DNA of 64,000 nucleotides, taken from assembly GCF_001194135.2 (NCBI RefSeq), contig NC_068994.1:42826766-42890765 (forward strand), in the 5' to 3' direction. The translations under genes were made by a program, and so were the position numbers. Of the stretch, positions 10,161 to 24,711 are shown one piece after another. The stretch comes from Octopus bimaculoides. Taxonomy: Eukaryota. Within the stretch, counting starts at the first letter, position 1. Each line of letters starts with the position of its first letter. The notes beneath the pieces are model-generated. The model was not told where the DNA came from, ran no database searches, and saw only the letters and a program-made list of their open reading frames with translations.

Positions 10161-11867
10161 CTTGAGGGAACAAAAATAAACAATAATAGAATCTATCAAT
10201 AGGAAGAGAGATAATGTATAAAGCAAAAGAGTTGGGAGATTTTTGAAAAGATGAAGGTTTGTACAGAGGGTTGCGTGGGGCTGTTGGGTGTTGGGTGCGG
10301 AATGGAGTGGAGCACAATGGAGACGTGGTCAGGGCGATGGGAGTGGTGGTGGGGTTAAAGAAGAGAGCTGTAGCAGCTTATGGTTTCCTTCTCTGAGCAT
10401 TTATATTTAAGGAGGAATGAATGATTGAAAGAATGAGTAAATGAATGAATTAGGAAATTATACCATTCTATTTTTCTGTTTGTTTTTGTTGTTGTAGCTG
10501 TTTTTTCCAAAAGAATGACAACAGAATGTATTGATTTTTTTTTTTTTGATTTGTTGGATATTTCTCTTTTATTTTTTCAGTTATTTTTTCCATTTATTTT
10601 TTGTTCTTTTACCTGAGTAATTATCATCACATTGCAGGTTCTATATAGCTTTTTTTTTTTTGTTCTCTCTTTTTTCTCTACATAATTATATACAGTTCCA
10701 CTTCCTTCTACCCATGGGTAGATGGTAGATGGCAGATAGAAGTGGAACTGTATACCCCCATACCCTCCTTACCATACACACACTCATCCTACTTCATCAG
10801 GCTCTAATCCATACTGTAAATAATACCATGATATATAACACCACCACCATCACCACCACCATCATCACCACCACCACCATCACTACTGCCACCTTGGCCA
10901 TCATCACCGACAAAGCTACTTCAATCACGAGTCAAGAAAACCACTATGAGGTCACTCAACAACCAACTAGTAAAAAGAAATAACAGCAAAATTCCCTTAT
11001 GTCATATCCTATTGCCTTGAAAAAGGAAGGACACTGTGCACTGTAAAATCTTATACAAACGATGGAATGGAATGGTATTGTCTCACTTTGCAATACGTTT
11101 CATTACAGTATTGCTCAGTCTAGTCAAGGGTGATTCTGTGACAAAACTACTACTACTACAATTTTTCCAACTGTGGAAAGCATCCTCATCTTGGTAACAA
11201 ATGTCATCAGCATACCATCACAGAATTCATAAGAAGGAGAGTTTGATCAGCTAAAATACAAGCCAAATCAGCCGGGTAGTCATGATGGTTGTATTGGGCT
11301 TCGTATATTTGTATCCCAGTGTCACTTTGATGACATGCATTGCTTTCTAACTCAATAATGATAATAATAATAATAATAATAATGATGATGATGATGATAA
11401 TAATAGATTTTTTTTAAAGACAATAATAGAGAAAAATGAAACAATTATGGACGACTTGCTCTGAAACACCACCGAGTGGGGAACACTTCTCAAAAATAAC
11501 CCGCAGTTGTTTCCTTCAAAATTCCTACATGCTCGAAATGTACATACATCGAGGTATATTTGTAGAAAATTTCACGAAAAAATATTCATTTTAGTGGAAG
11601 TTAAGAGGAATTTAAGTGGACTCTGTTGGAATTTCCGAAAATTGTCCCCCACCCACATTCCAAAACACTTTCACCGAAAATTTTATATATATTCGGAATC
11701 TACATAATAAATAATATATGCATAGAAAATTTCATTAAAAAATATTCATTTTTCTGAAAGTTATGACCTTCCAAAGTCGGGGGGGGNNNNNNNNNNNNNN
11801 NNNNNNNNNNNNNNNNNNNNNNNNNNNNNNNNNNNNNNNNNNNNNNNNNNNNNNNNNNNNNNNNNNA

Positions 11868-13900
11868 ATGTATAAAATAATATACTAACAAATTAATACA
11901 GTTATGACATATTTCTGTCATGAAACTGCCCAAAGCACCCTTTGGACACACAAGGGCACTTTGCAGAAGGAGCACATGTATAAGGTCTCGACCTGATATC
12001 CTTTCGCAGTTTTTCTTTTTTGCAGCGAACACAGTCTGCAAACTTTTTTTCTCCCATTTAATTTTTTGACTTGATGGAAGCCAATATTTTCTCTGTTGAC
12101 ATCCACCTCAGTTAATTTTGCTTTTCTCCCAGTTCTGTGCTTTCTAGAAGAAAAGCCCTCACGTAACTGAGATGCGATGTCAACCCGCAATTTCAAATGG
12201 TCGTAGTCTTTTTGTGGCGGAGGTACTTTGTGGCTTTTTACATATACAATATATGAATTTACTATAGTTAAATTCACTAAAAACCACAAAATGTACCTCC
12301 ACCATTTCTTCCCACGTCGACAAACTGAGTAATATGCCCCATATTGGTCTTATTTATCAACCCCACCCATATATTTGTTATAACAAATATTCACGAGGGG
12401 TTTCCCGTCAGCACCAACACCAGGTTGTTCATTAGAAGACAGAAATAAAATCTGTCTTTTGTCTTTGAAAGCAGTAACTAAAACATTTTCTTTACGCATC
12501 TGTAAAATGTCCCCTCTATTTTTTAATTTTGTTTTCATTTCACAGGGTAAACCTTTACGGTTTCCCATAACAGTACTACACATGTAAGTACTTACACGTG
12601 CAAGATTTTCCGCCAAAGTCACTGACGAAAAAAGAAGGTCGAAATAGATGTGTCGGTGCTGATGGTGAAATGGTTCAGTAAGGGACCACACTACATCATG
12701 TCCCAATCCATGCGGTCTGTTTCCATTATATTTTTTACCTGTGTAAACATCGAAGTTTACACAGTATTCTGTCTCCGATTCACCAACTTCCCATACCTTG
12801 ATCCCCCATTTAGTAGGTTTGGCAGGCATGTACTGCCGAAAATGTACTCTGCCCTTATAGCCTATCATGGCTTCATCTACACTGAGATTTTTCCCAGGTA
12901 GATACACAGTTCTATAATTATTAACAAGTAAATCGATTATAGGACGTACTTTGTACAGGGGATCGTAGTTTGGGTCGTTTTTGCTGGGGGCATTAGCAGA
13001 ATCAGTCAAATGCAAATACTGAGATATTTTCGAATACCTAGTCTTGGACATTATACTCGAAATATATGGATCGCCATACCTTACATCGGGACTCCAATAG
13101 TTCCACAGTCGAGGAAGCTGTTTCACATCAAACATAATGTAGATTGTGAAAAATGCTCTCATTTGTTTTCTTAACGAAACACTTTCAAACTTGGGACACT
13201 GATAGAATGTGAATGTTTCATATAAAACAACTTCTTCTCTTAACCTTCTTAACAAAATTTTGTACATCGCAACTTATTTCATGTTAAAGTTGTCGTATTT
13301 CTGTCATTTCAACCAATCACTGACGTCTATTCAGCTGAATACAGTTACTGCCCGCCGGTCATAAAAATGTTATACCCTGTGACATATTTCATCCGGTTTA
13401 AACGTAATTTATACGCATATATTGTTTTGAGCATCAAGAGGTAAATTATGTTGTGGACCAGTGTTTTCTGTAAAATCAGAAATAGTGGTCGGATTTTTGA
13501 CCATGTTGCCATGTTTACGCTATCATTTTCTTCACTTTCGTTATTAAACTCTTCCTCGTCCGATGAAAAATCACTGATATCGATATCAGATTTATCCGAA
13601 GACAAAATACTTTTGTTTTCATTGATATTTTCAATATCATTAATAGTAAAGCCTTCAAAATCGGAATCGCTCCTTGCTGACGCCATTTCTTTCACAACCA
13701 AGATAAACACTTCTCTTCGAACGTTGAAAAAAACCCATTGAATAAAGGCAGGAAAGGCTTCATCTCGCATTATCTCAGAGCTACGAGAATTCAATAACGT
13801 GATTTGTTTTTTTTTTTTAACGATTTCGTAGAGCTTTCGGATACGGCCAGTTTGAACAAATAAAGGGGAATTAATTTTGGCCGGTTACAACACTAAAGGG
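11868..13900 (-). mobile_element. Decayed piggyBac-family DNA transposon
   Basis: Transposase remnant inside. One end reads (minus) TCAA|CCCTTTAGTGTTGTAACCGGCC, i.e. a piggyBac-type CCC terminus next to a mutated TTAA (plus TTGA 13901-13904). The matching other TIR is not visible and may lie in the gap at 11787-11867. Confidence 0.85.
11902..13686 (-). pseudogene. piggyBac transposase (DDD, PGBD-like) pseudogene
   Basis: Acidic N-terminus MASARSDSDFEGF..., then FTENTGPQHNLP after a frameshift near 13497. Catalytic-type motifs LSVDEAM, HIYFDLLF and YNKYMGGVDK*DQ (in-frame TAA at 12352-12350). C-terminal Cys-rich domain CRLC...CSFCKVPLCVQR/CFGQFH with a frameshift near 11938; stop at 11904-11902. 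Confidence 0.92.
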
Positions 13901-13904
13901 TTGA

Positions 13905-14175
13905 ATGATGAATGAAACACCCATGTTTCCAGAGGTGAATTATTCAAACTTCAAAGAATTCCTCTCAACACATGGCTACTTCTGCTTGTGATCAGAGATG
14001 CACATATCATCAGCCACCAAAGGACATGCTCAACAGTTTAAGGTCAAGCAACTGACAAGCAAATCTGTGGTATTGAGCAGAGTATTTGCTGTAGCCCATC
14101 TTTTATACCAAAGACAAAACATGTACATGATAACATTTCCTATCAATTTAGATCAAAATCCATGAAAGCCACAGC
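13905..14175 (-). repeat. Repeat-like segment abutting the piggyBac end (probable SINE body)
   Basis: GC-balanced block distinct from its flanks. Single copy in the window, so family status is inferred only. Confidence 0.35.
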
Positions 14176-15079
14176 TTGTTGTTGTTATTATTATTATTAT
14201 TATTGTTGTTGTTGTTGTTATTAAGGCGGCAAGTTGGTTAAAATACATTTAGAACTTAGTTGGTACACTCACTAATTCGTGACATCTAAGCCACATGCTG
14301 ATTGGTCAAAATATGGTTCGTAAGATTCAGCCTGCTGGAGCCCATGAAAGGGTATTTGAAGGGTAAATCCAACCATTTCACTACAGTTGTCAATTGTGGA
14401 ACATGACTGTCACTACATAAACCTGAAGATTGTGTAACGCATGAAAGTACTAGTTTATTTCAATATTGTAAAATTATAAAAGACTAAGTTGGAATTTCAT
14501 TGATTAATATATTGTTTTACACACAATTATACAAACTTGGACACACACACACACACATATGTGATATATGATGTATATATATGGTATATATTTTCATACA
14601 TATATAAGTAGGCATGTATGCACATGTGTGTAATGTTTTTATATATCAGGGTAAAGTGTTTTACATGTAAGAGTAACTTAGTCACACAGTAAAGAGAGAT
14701 TGAGACAAATTAGTACCAGACTATAATAGGTACAAGGTTTGATTGTATGTATTCTAAAAATCCTCATAGATTGTGCTGTAGCATGACCATGGTCCAATGG
14801 CTGAAACTAGTAAAAGGAATGTTATGGTAGTATTCCATCTCTATAGAGTAAAATATCATTCATTATGTTACACCGTAAAGGAAGACTTGAAAGAGTGAAA
14901 TAATTGCAGATGCATTGCATTGCTTGCAGCTGCAAGGAAATAATTTTCCACTAAGTTGCTCCCTACAATGAGATGCAGATGATGGAAGACCCGTCTACAA
15001 TATGTACACATAGCTTTTAGTCATTTAGTGAGGGCACAAGTAATGACCATTAATTGTTAAGCGATGCATGTGAACTGAG

Positions 15080-15600
15080 AGTTTGCGGAAGTGATGCTGG
15101 AGGTTGTGGATCATACAAATTTCTTTGGATCCTTTGTTTCAAATGACAATAACATATTATGAGAACTAACTGCTGCATGTGTCTCCAGAACAGCAGAAAT
15201 GATCAGCATATTACTATAAACTAACAGGGCTTTCATTAAGCATGATGGCATGCATGAATGCTCCTTTAGTGGGTTCCATGCTTTTGTGTTAACATTATTA
15301 TCACAGTGTGTTGTGAGACTTGGTCAATAAACTAAAAGAATTTTATGCAAGGTATTTGTTTTTCAGAAATTGTCTGTTTATGTAGGCTGATGCAGTTCCT
15401 ATTAACGGAGGAACACATGTTTAAAACTGAATGAGAACAGAAGATCAAAAATTGTAAAGTTTTCAAACCTGTATTATGAGAAGGTGGGAATTGAATGGCT
15501 GCGCATTTGATTAAAAGAGATGAGGAACTTGTACTACAGCAGTCATTAAAAGGGCTAATTAACGGATGAAGGAAATTTGGTCAGTCTACAAAAGCAAACA
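15080..15600 (+). mobile_element. Old RTE-clade LINE fragment
   Basis: Degenerate peptides LEVVDHTNFFGSFVSNDNNI and HLIKRDEELVLQQSLKGLING*RKFGQ resemble RTE RT-thumb and C-terminal motifs (LE.V..F.YLGS; GH..R.....L.G...G.R.RGRP). Confidence 0.5.
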
Positions 15601-16356
15601 GTATGGCTGTGAACATTCGGTTTCTGCTGCTGCTGTTGTTGTGACTGTTGTTCTTGATGATGATGATGATGATGATGTGGTGGCGGTGACAGTGGTGGGA
15701 GCAGCGGCGATGATGTGGTGGTGGTGGTGGTGGTGGTGGTGGAGATGATGATGAGGAGGAGGAGGAGGGGAGATTGTTGCTGATGTTTTGATCTTNNNNN
15801 NNNNNNNNNNNNNNNNNNNNNNNNNNNNNNNNNNNNNNNNNNNNNNNNNNNNNNNNNNNNNNNNNNNNNNNNNNTGCTGCTGCTGTTGTTGTGACTGTTG
15901 TTCTTGATGATGATGATGATGATGATGTGGTGGCGGTGACAGTGGTGGGAGCAGCGGCGATGATGTGGTGGTGGTGGTGGTGGTGGTGGTGGAGATGATG
16001 ATGAGGAGGAGGAGGAGGGGAGATTGTTGCTGATGTTTTGATCTTGTTAGCTCCAAGTCACCCCTAACTGAATAGGACTATCATAAAATGCATCCCAGCC
16101 ATGACCATCCTGTCTCTTTTTTCTTTTTCTTCTAAGGTGTTGCAGATATAGGACTGCATTATCTAATGTATCTCTCTACCTTTTGAAGATAATAAAAAAC
16201 AAAAAGGAGCGGGGTTACTTGAGGGCAACTTGGATACTACATCTAGCATTTTCAGAAGCCATGAAATGGCTCTGTATGAATGGTTGGTGGTTTTAACTAT
16301 TAACAGTCTTTATTAGTGAGCTTTGTCTGAAGCTGAATGTGGATGAATGATGATGA

Positions 16357-17550
16357 CAGACATAAACACAGGCACACGCACACACAGACATAAACATACA
16401 CACACACACATAAACATACACACATACATACATAAACATACACACACACATACATAAACATACACACACACATAAACATACACACACACATACATAAACA
16501 TACACACGCACACACATAAACATACACACATACATACATAAACATACACACACACATACATAAACATACACACACACATACATAAACATACACACACATA
16601 CATAAACATACGCACACACATACATAAACATACACACACACATGCATAAACATACACATACATAAACATACACACACACNNNNNNNNNNNNNNNNNNNNN
16701 NNNNNNNNNNNNNNNNNNNNNNNNNNNNNNNNNNNNNNNNNNNNNNNNNNNNNNNNNNNNNNNNNNNNNNNNNNNNNNNNNNNNNNNNNNNNNNNNNNNN
16801 NNNNNNNNNNNNNNNNNNNNNNNNNNNNNNNNNNNNNNNNNNNNNNNNNNNNNNNNNNNNNNNNNNNNNNNNNNNNNNNNNNNNNNNNNNNNNNNNNNNN
16901 NNNNNNNNNNNNNNNNNNNNNNNNNNNNNNNNNNNNNNNNNNNNNNNNNNNNNNNNNNNNNNNNNNNNNNNNNNNNNNNNNNNNNNNNNNNNNNNNNNNN
17001 NNNNNNNNNNNNNNNNNNNNNNNNNNNNNNNNNNNNNNNNNNNNNNNNNNNNNNNNNNNNNNNNNNNNNNNNNNNNNNNNNNNNNNNNNNNNNNNNNNNN
17101 NNNNNNNNNNNNNNNNNNNNNNNNNNNNNNNNNNNNNNNNNNNNNNNNNNNNNNNNNNNNNNNNNNNNNNNNNNNNNNNNNNNNNNNNNNNNNNNNNNNN
17201 NNNNNNNNNNNNNNNNNNNNNNNNNNNNNNNNNNNNNNNNNNNNNNNNNNNNNNNNNNNNNNNNNNNNNNNNNNNNNNNNNNNNNNNNNNNNNNNNNNNN
17301 NNNACACACACATACCTAAACATACACACACACATACATAAACATACACACACATACATAAACATACACACACACATACATAAACATACACACACACATA
17401 CATAAACATACACACACACATACATAAACATACACACGCACATACATAAACATACACACACACACACACACATAAACATACACACACACACATAAACATA
17501 CACACACACATACATAAACACACACACACATACACATACACACACACATA
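16357..17550. repeat. Compound minisatellite (ACATAAACATACACAC..)n spanning a gap
   Basis: About 18-24-bp units built on ACATAAACAT plus (AC)n on both sides of the gap at 16680-17303. Confidence 0.9.
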
Positions 17551-17870
17551 TGCATCCCATGACATTGAACTGACGACTAATATGAGGTTGGAGCATGCTT
17601 GCTTCCTTTTATGTTGTGTTTATGTTTTCCCATAAATTTTGTTGTTGATTATCTGTGCTACCATTCCCATTCATAAGGCTACATGTGTGCATATGTCTGT
17701 GTGCCAGTGTGTCTATGTGTGCACTTGTGTGTGAATATATGAGTGCATGTGTGTGCACAGACACACACACATACACATACATATGCACATATATATACAT
17801 ACACATATGCACACATATTCATAATACAAACAAACACTAACACATATACAGTTATTATTTCTTGCCATTT

Positions 17871-18075
17871 TAAGGTGGCGAGCTGGCACAATCATAAGCA
17901 TACCACACAAAATGCTGCTGAGCATTATGTTCTGAGTTCAAATCCCTCCGAGGTCGACTTTGCGTTTCATCCTTTTGGGGTCAATAAACTAAGTTCCACT
18001 TGAGTACTTGGGTTGATGTAATCAACTAGCCCTATCACCTAAAATTTCAGGATTTGTACCTATAGTAGAAAGGAT
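17871..18075 (+). mobile_element. SINE family B copy with TSD
   Basis: Aligns with 37684-37898; flanked by the direct repeat attatttcttgcc(a)ttttaaggt (17854, 18074). Confidence 0.8.
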
Positions 18076-18139
18076 TATTTCTTGCCTTTTAAGGTTGGTA
18101 GGACTTTGTTATGTTGGAAGTTTATATTAAAAAGCAATA

Positions 18140-18305
18140 CAGATTTGTAATAGAAAAACAACATGGCGCAGATTGTTCAAAGCAGACATAGCAGTAATAA
18201 ACAGAAAATGGGAAAACATCGAGAGAGGCTGCCGATAGAGATCAGTGAAGATTGTTGTCTGCCCAATGCACCACCAGACGCAGGTTGGACTAAGGACTAA
18301 GGAAT
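18140..18305 (+). mobile_element. RTE LINE 3' end fragment
   Basis: TWRRLFKADIAVINRKWENIER..ADRDQ*R..SAQCTTRRRLD* followed by a short repeat tail ggactaaggactaagg. Confidence 0.55.
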
Positions 18306-20785
18306 ACAAACACAAGTCCTAACATTTAGTGAGACCAATATAATCAATATTATATTGATCGCGCTTTATCACTGGTACGTGTTCATTGAATTTGGTTTAT
18401 TATTGACACTTGTTTTTATCACTCCCCACCCCTGTAGCTCCTCTGCAGTATGAAACCTCTTCTGTTCTGGGCACTTCTATTATTCTCTTACCCATTTTTT
18501 GCCCCACATCTCCTAGCATAAATTTACCCCCTTGGGGTTTGTATTCTTACAAACTGCAAGATGGCAGTAATGACAGCGATGACAACAAAAACAACGTCAA
18601 CCACAATGATGAGGAGGAGGAAGAAAAATTGATCTTTATGAGATTCAAAATTCAGAACAAACCTAGGATCAGTCTGGCTAAATACCACATAGTTGTTCTG
18701 CCTGTCACTGGACCAATATTCTGCAGTGAATCAAAAAACTTAATGTTGAAAGTTATTTGGAAGTAATTTGAGGAAGATCTTTTATGAATATATCTAACAA
18801 ACCCCAACTATATTTGACAGGTATCGTCATGTAGTTAACAAGATATATTGGATTTTATCTCAGCCTGCATATAGATGAAAAAAAAACATCTTTTTCTTTA
18901 TATCTTTCATCTTTAATCTTTTATCCATTTCAGCATTAGACTGCGACCATGTGGGGCACTACTTTGAAGAGTTTTAGTCAAATAAACCAACTGTAGTACT
19001 TCTTTTTTTTTTTTTTTTTAAATTCAGGCAATTATTCTATCAGATTTCTTCTTTTTTTTTTGCCAAGTTACTAAGTTACTGGGATGTAAAAAGACCAAAA
19101 CAGGTTGTCAAGTGATGGTGGGGGAACAAACATACAGAGAGACACACACAGATATATGTGTGTGTGTGTGTGTATGGATGTATGTATACATATATATATA
19201 TATATATATAAAGTAACAAACTAAAGAAAGAAATTCTTTCAAAGGGATGTGTGAAACATCCAATTCACTGGCATGTCAGTTGATTTCCACATAAATATGG
19301 GTATAATGCAAATTGCAAACAATAAATTAAATAGAGAGATACAATTGACAATCCAATGGTTTATTTATATTATAATATAACATAATATACTATGAATATG
19401 ATATAATATAAGATAACATTAAAAAAAATCATTAAAAAAACCATAAAAGCCAACAGTTTGTTCCAACTTATATACATTTTCTGATATATAAACAATTCAA
19501 TTTACTTATATAAGTCTCATCAGAGCTAAGGTTTAAAGATAAACAAAATTCCATGTGAAAGGACAGCTTTTTTGTGGTTTTTAATGACTTCATTTTATGT
19601 TATCTTATCTTATATTATATTATATTATATTACATTCATAGTATATTATGTTATATTATAATATAAATAAATTAATGGATTGTTGATTGTATCTCTCTAT
19701 TTAATTTATTATTTATATCTATATATATTTTGAAAGCGTTCTTCTGTATGTTATTTAAAAATGTTAGGATTTTATTTGAGAGAGAGATTGGCATATAAAC
19801 GGTAAACTGTACTTCATTATAGTACTTGATAAAAAGCAAAGTTGTTACTTAATCAGAAGATAAAGAGCAACTGTAGCCATTGGACCTACAAAAATAAGAT
19901 TCAGCCAATTCATCAGGATCCATGACTATCCAAAGGGTTCCCCACTCAATAAATAAATAAATAAATACACAAATAAATAAATAAATAAATACACAAATAA
20001 ATAAATAAATAAATAAATAAATACACAAACAAATAAATAAACAGATAAAATCCTCAAGATTCTTTGAATTCTGAAAGAATCTGTCCTTGAAAGCTTTCAT
20101 GTTCCATCTTGCAAAAATTTTCTCTTTAATTTAAGGCATCAAGTGTCATGCACCTTTACAAGGCCTCTAACACTGAGGGTAGGTGAAGAAGTTTGGCCTC
20201 ATGGTTCAAATGCTTGCAGTGAGTAGGCTCCACTCGAACCACCAATGGGCCAGGTTGTGACATTAAACTGAGCAATATATTATCTCAATTGGCTAAATAA
20301 CTGGAAAAGGACCACAAAGTTAGGTTACAAACTGCTAAACTTCCAGATGAATATATATATATGTCCTATATATATAATACTGCCTGACTGGCACGTAAAA
20401 AGCATCATTTGAGCTAGGTCAATGCCAGTGCCACCTGACTGACCCCTGTGCCAATGCCACATAAAAAGCAGCTACTACACTTTCAGAGCAGTTGGCATTA
20501 AGAAGGGCATCCAGCTGTAGAAACCTTGCCAGATCAGATTGCTGTAGCCTCCTGGATTGCTAGTCTTCAGCCAAACCGTCCAACCCATGGGAGCGTGGAA
20601 AATGGACGTTAAATGATGTGTGTGTACACCAGAATAAGCCCATAAGTGTGAAACAAGGTGGGTACAAATAATACTCAAATACCAGAGGTAGTGTAATATG
20701 CTTTATTATTAAAACTGCAAAAACATCACAAAAAACTGCTACTCAGAGTTTCACGTTCCCATTTGTCAGACAGTTGATTCATAAA

Positions 20786-20827
<42 letters not shown>

Positions 20828-21012
20828 TACAGACACACACATNNNNNNNNNNATGCATGTATGTATACATATGTGCATATATATATATATATATATAGTA
20901 CTGCCTTACTGGCACCCGTGCCAGTAGTATAATGGATACTTCTACCCCATAGACAGTTATTTTAACCTCTGACTCAGCTAACCTTTGATTTACACATGTA
21001 TATATATATGTA

Positions 21013-21069
<57 letters not shown>

Positions 21070-21571
21070 AATATGCATATATATACATACACATATATAT
21101 ATGTATGTATATATATANNNNNNNNNNNNNNNNNNNNNNNNNNNNNNNNNNNNNNNNNNNNNNNNNNNNNNNNNNNNNNNNNNNNNNNNNNNNNNNNNNN
21201 NNNNNNNNNNNNNNNNNNNNNNNNNNNNNNNNNNNNNNNNNNNNNNNNNNNNNNNNNNNNNNNNNNNNNNNNNNNNNNNNNNNNNNNNNNNNNNNNNNNN
21301 NNNNNNNNNNNNNNNNNNNNNNNNNNNNNNNNNNNNNNNNNNNNNNNNNNNNNNNNNNNNNNNNNNNNNNNNNNNNNNNNNNNNNNNNNNNNNNNNNNNN
21401 NNNNNNNNNNNNNNNNNNNNNNNNNNNNNNNNNNNNNNNNNNNNNNNNNNNNNNNNNNNNNNNNNNNNNNNNNNNNNNNNNNNNNNNNNNNNNNNNNNNN
21501 NNNNNNNNNNNNNNNNNNNNNNNNNNNNNNNNNNNNNNNNNNNNNNNNNNNNNNNNNNNNNNNNTAAACAT

Positions 21572-21605
<34 letters not shown>

Positions 21606-22688
21606 ACATACATACATATTTGTGTGTATGTGTGTGTGTGTGCTTGTCTTCATATATATGTATGTGTATACACACACACACTCGCAACCCACACAAACAC
21701 ACACACACACTTGAACCCCACCCCCCACATACATACACAAGCACATGCACAACAAGTCAGGTAGATATTCATATATAAATCCAGAAATATATACATGCAA
21801 CATATACACCTAGATCGGAAATATGCTCATATCAATTCTTTCAAAAATGAAGTTACTATTTCGCACATACACACTTAAGAGTCTCACATACAATTGGAAA
21901 AAGCATGTTTGTACAGTTAGGAGAACAAGCAGATGTGCTCACATATACACAATCACACACACAAACACACGCACACACACACACAAGCATACACATACAG
22001 ATACACACATATGCATACATGCATACCCATTCACAAGTATTCATATGCATGCGCATGCAATCATACACACGCTCACACATGCACACATTTTCACATACAC
22101 ACATACACGCACTTATACACACTCACACACACACACACACATACACACACACACACACACACTCATACATACACACACACATGCACAACAGTTATATTGA
22201 GCAGTCATATATTTGACCGATTCTGCTGTTCAAACGGACACGACACACTCGTATATGAAATATGACATTCCCAGCTAGAAGTTCACACACACACACACAC
22301 ACATACACACATACACACTCTTGCTCTCTCACTCTCTCTGTCTCTCACACTCTCCATTGCTCTCTCTCTCACTCTCTCTTTTTCTCCACACTCACATACT
22401 GTCTTCCAAACACACATATATGCATACTCTGTCTTTCACTGTCTCATTCTCACTCGCCAACAAAAACACTTCCTCTCTTCCTTTCTCTCTCTCTCTCTCT
22501 CTTCCAACACACTCTCATAAGCATACACCTATGCACACACACACACACACACACATTCTCTCACACCTTCACTTACTCTTTCTTTCTCTTACACTTTCTC
22601 CCTCATTCTTGACTCCCTCACACACCACATGTACACATGCTAACAGAAACACACCTTATAATTCTCTCTCATTTACATACACACAAAT

Positions 22689-22784
<96 letters not shown>

Positions 22785-23972
22785 TTCTTTATGTTCTTTA
22801 GTTCATTTTAGCCATCACAGCCTGACTGATGCTGGAACACCACCTTTAGAGTCACACATTTATTTCTCTCCTCTTCCTCACACAACTGTTCCACACGTGC
22901 ACATGTACACAGACACACACAACACACACACACACACACATATATTTACAGTTGCATACAGGCTGATGCCTCTATCACACAGTATACGCATACACATAGA
23001 CCTGCATAGTCACACACAAATGAACAATTTTGTCACACACATACATACACACATACATACAAATCTGAATAACCAAACTGACTAACACCTCAAGTCAACC
23101 CATATGCAAATATCCATGCACACACATACATAAACTGGCATATTCACTAAAGCCATGTACACACACACATACACACACACATACACACACACATGCACCC
23201 TCACATATATACACACACATAGATTTACAGTTACATACAGACTGATGCCTCTATCACACGATATACACATATACATAGACCTGCATAGTCACACACAGAT
23301 GAGCAACTTTTTTCACACGCATAAAAATACATACACATGCACACACACACACACACACATACATGCACACATACATACATACAAACATAAATAGAAACAT
23401 ACACATATGCAAACCTGTATGATCGCATTGAGTCAAACCCTAAGTCAAACAGATATGCAAATATACATGCACACACCTGACATACTCAAACATGCATATT
23501 CACATATTTATGTAATTATTCCATTTACATCCATCTACACACACACATACACACATACACATATATAGACACACTCATACACACAAACCTACATAGTTGT
23601 TGCACACTATTAGCACCTTTTCCTTGTATATCCCTCGCAACCCAGAGGGAGTTTCTACATAGTCATCGCCCCTTCAAAACACAGCACTTGAACCTCCTTC
23701 ACATCATACAACAGCATGTTACAAAAGATCACACCGCATAATGTGACACTGGGTTTAGTGGACATAGGAAGATAATAAGATGGTCATGGCTGGATTGTCT
23801 GTTCTTTTAGGTCTGATTTGAAGTTATACAGCAAGAACAGAAAACAAAAACCAACATTTGTCCAACCACACACAAATATGCATAGAAATAAACACAGACA
23901 CACTTATAGAAATACATGTACACACACGCATATACATATTGTAACGACTTTTTCCAAAAAGTAGCTTTACAA

Positions 23973-24041
<69 letters not shown>

Positions 24042-24675
24042 NNNNNNNNNNNNNNNNNNNNNNNNNNNNNNNNNNNNNNNNNNNNNNNNNNNNNNNNNNN
24101 NNNNNNNNNNNNNNNNNNNNNNNNNNNNNNNNNNNNNNNNNNNNNNNNNNNNNNNNNNNNNNNNNNNNNNNNNNNNNNNNNNNNNNNNNNNNNNNNNNNN
24201 NNNNNNNNNNNNNNNNNNNNNNNNNNNNNNNNNNNNNNNNNNNNNNNNNNNNNNNNNNNNNNNNNNNNNNNNNNNNNNNNNNNNNNNNNNNNNNNNNNNN
24301 NNNNNNNNNNNNNNNNNNNNNNNNNNNNNNNNNNNNNNNNNNNNNNNNNNNNNNNNNNNNNNNNNNNNNNNNNNNNNNNNNNNNNNNNNNNNNNNNNNNN
24401 NNNNNNNNNNNNNNNNNNNNNNNNNNNNNNNNNNNNNNNNNNNNNNNNNNNNNNNNNNNNNNNNNNNNNNNNNNNNNNNNNNNNNNNNNNNNNNNNNNNN
24501 NNNNNNNNNNNNNNNNNNNNNNNNNNNNNNNNNNNNNNNNNNNNNNNNNNNNNNNNNNNNNNNNNNNNNNNNNNNNNNNNNNNNNNNNNNNNNNNNNNNN
24601 NNNNNNNNNNNNNNNNNNNNNNNNNNNNNNNNNNNNNNNNNNNNNNNNNNNNNNNNNNNNNNNNNNNNNNNNNNN

Positions 24676-24711
<36 letters not shown>

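Noticed and set aside
13690-13830. Splice acceptor for piggyBac exon trapping
   Set aside because: Only weak AG contexts; not supportable.
15625-16045. ~170-bp exact direct repeat flanking a gap
   Set aside because: Identical sequence on both gap edges is typical of unmerged contig overlap.
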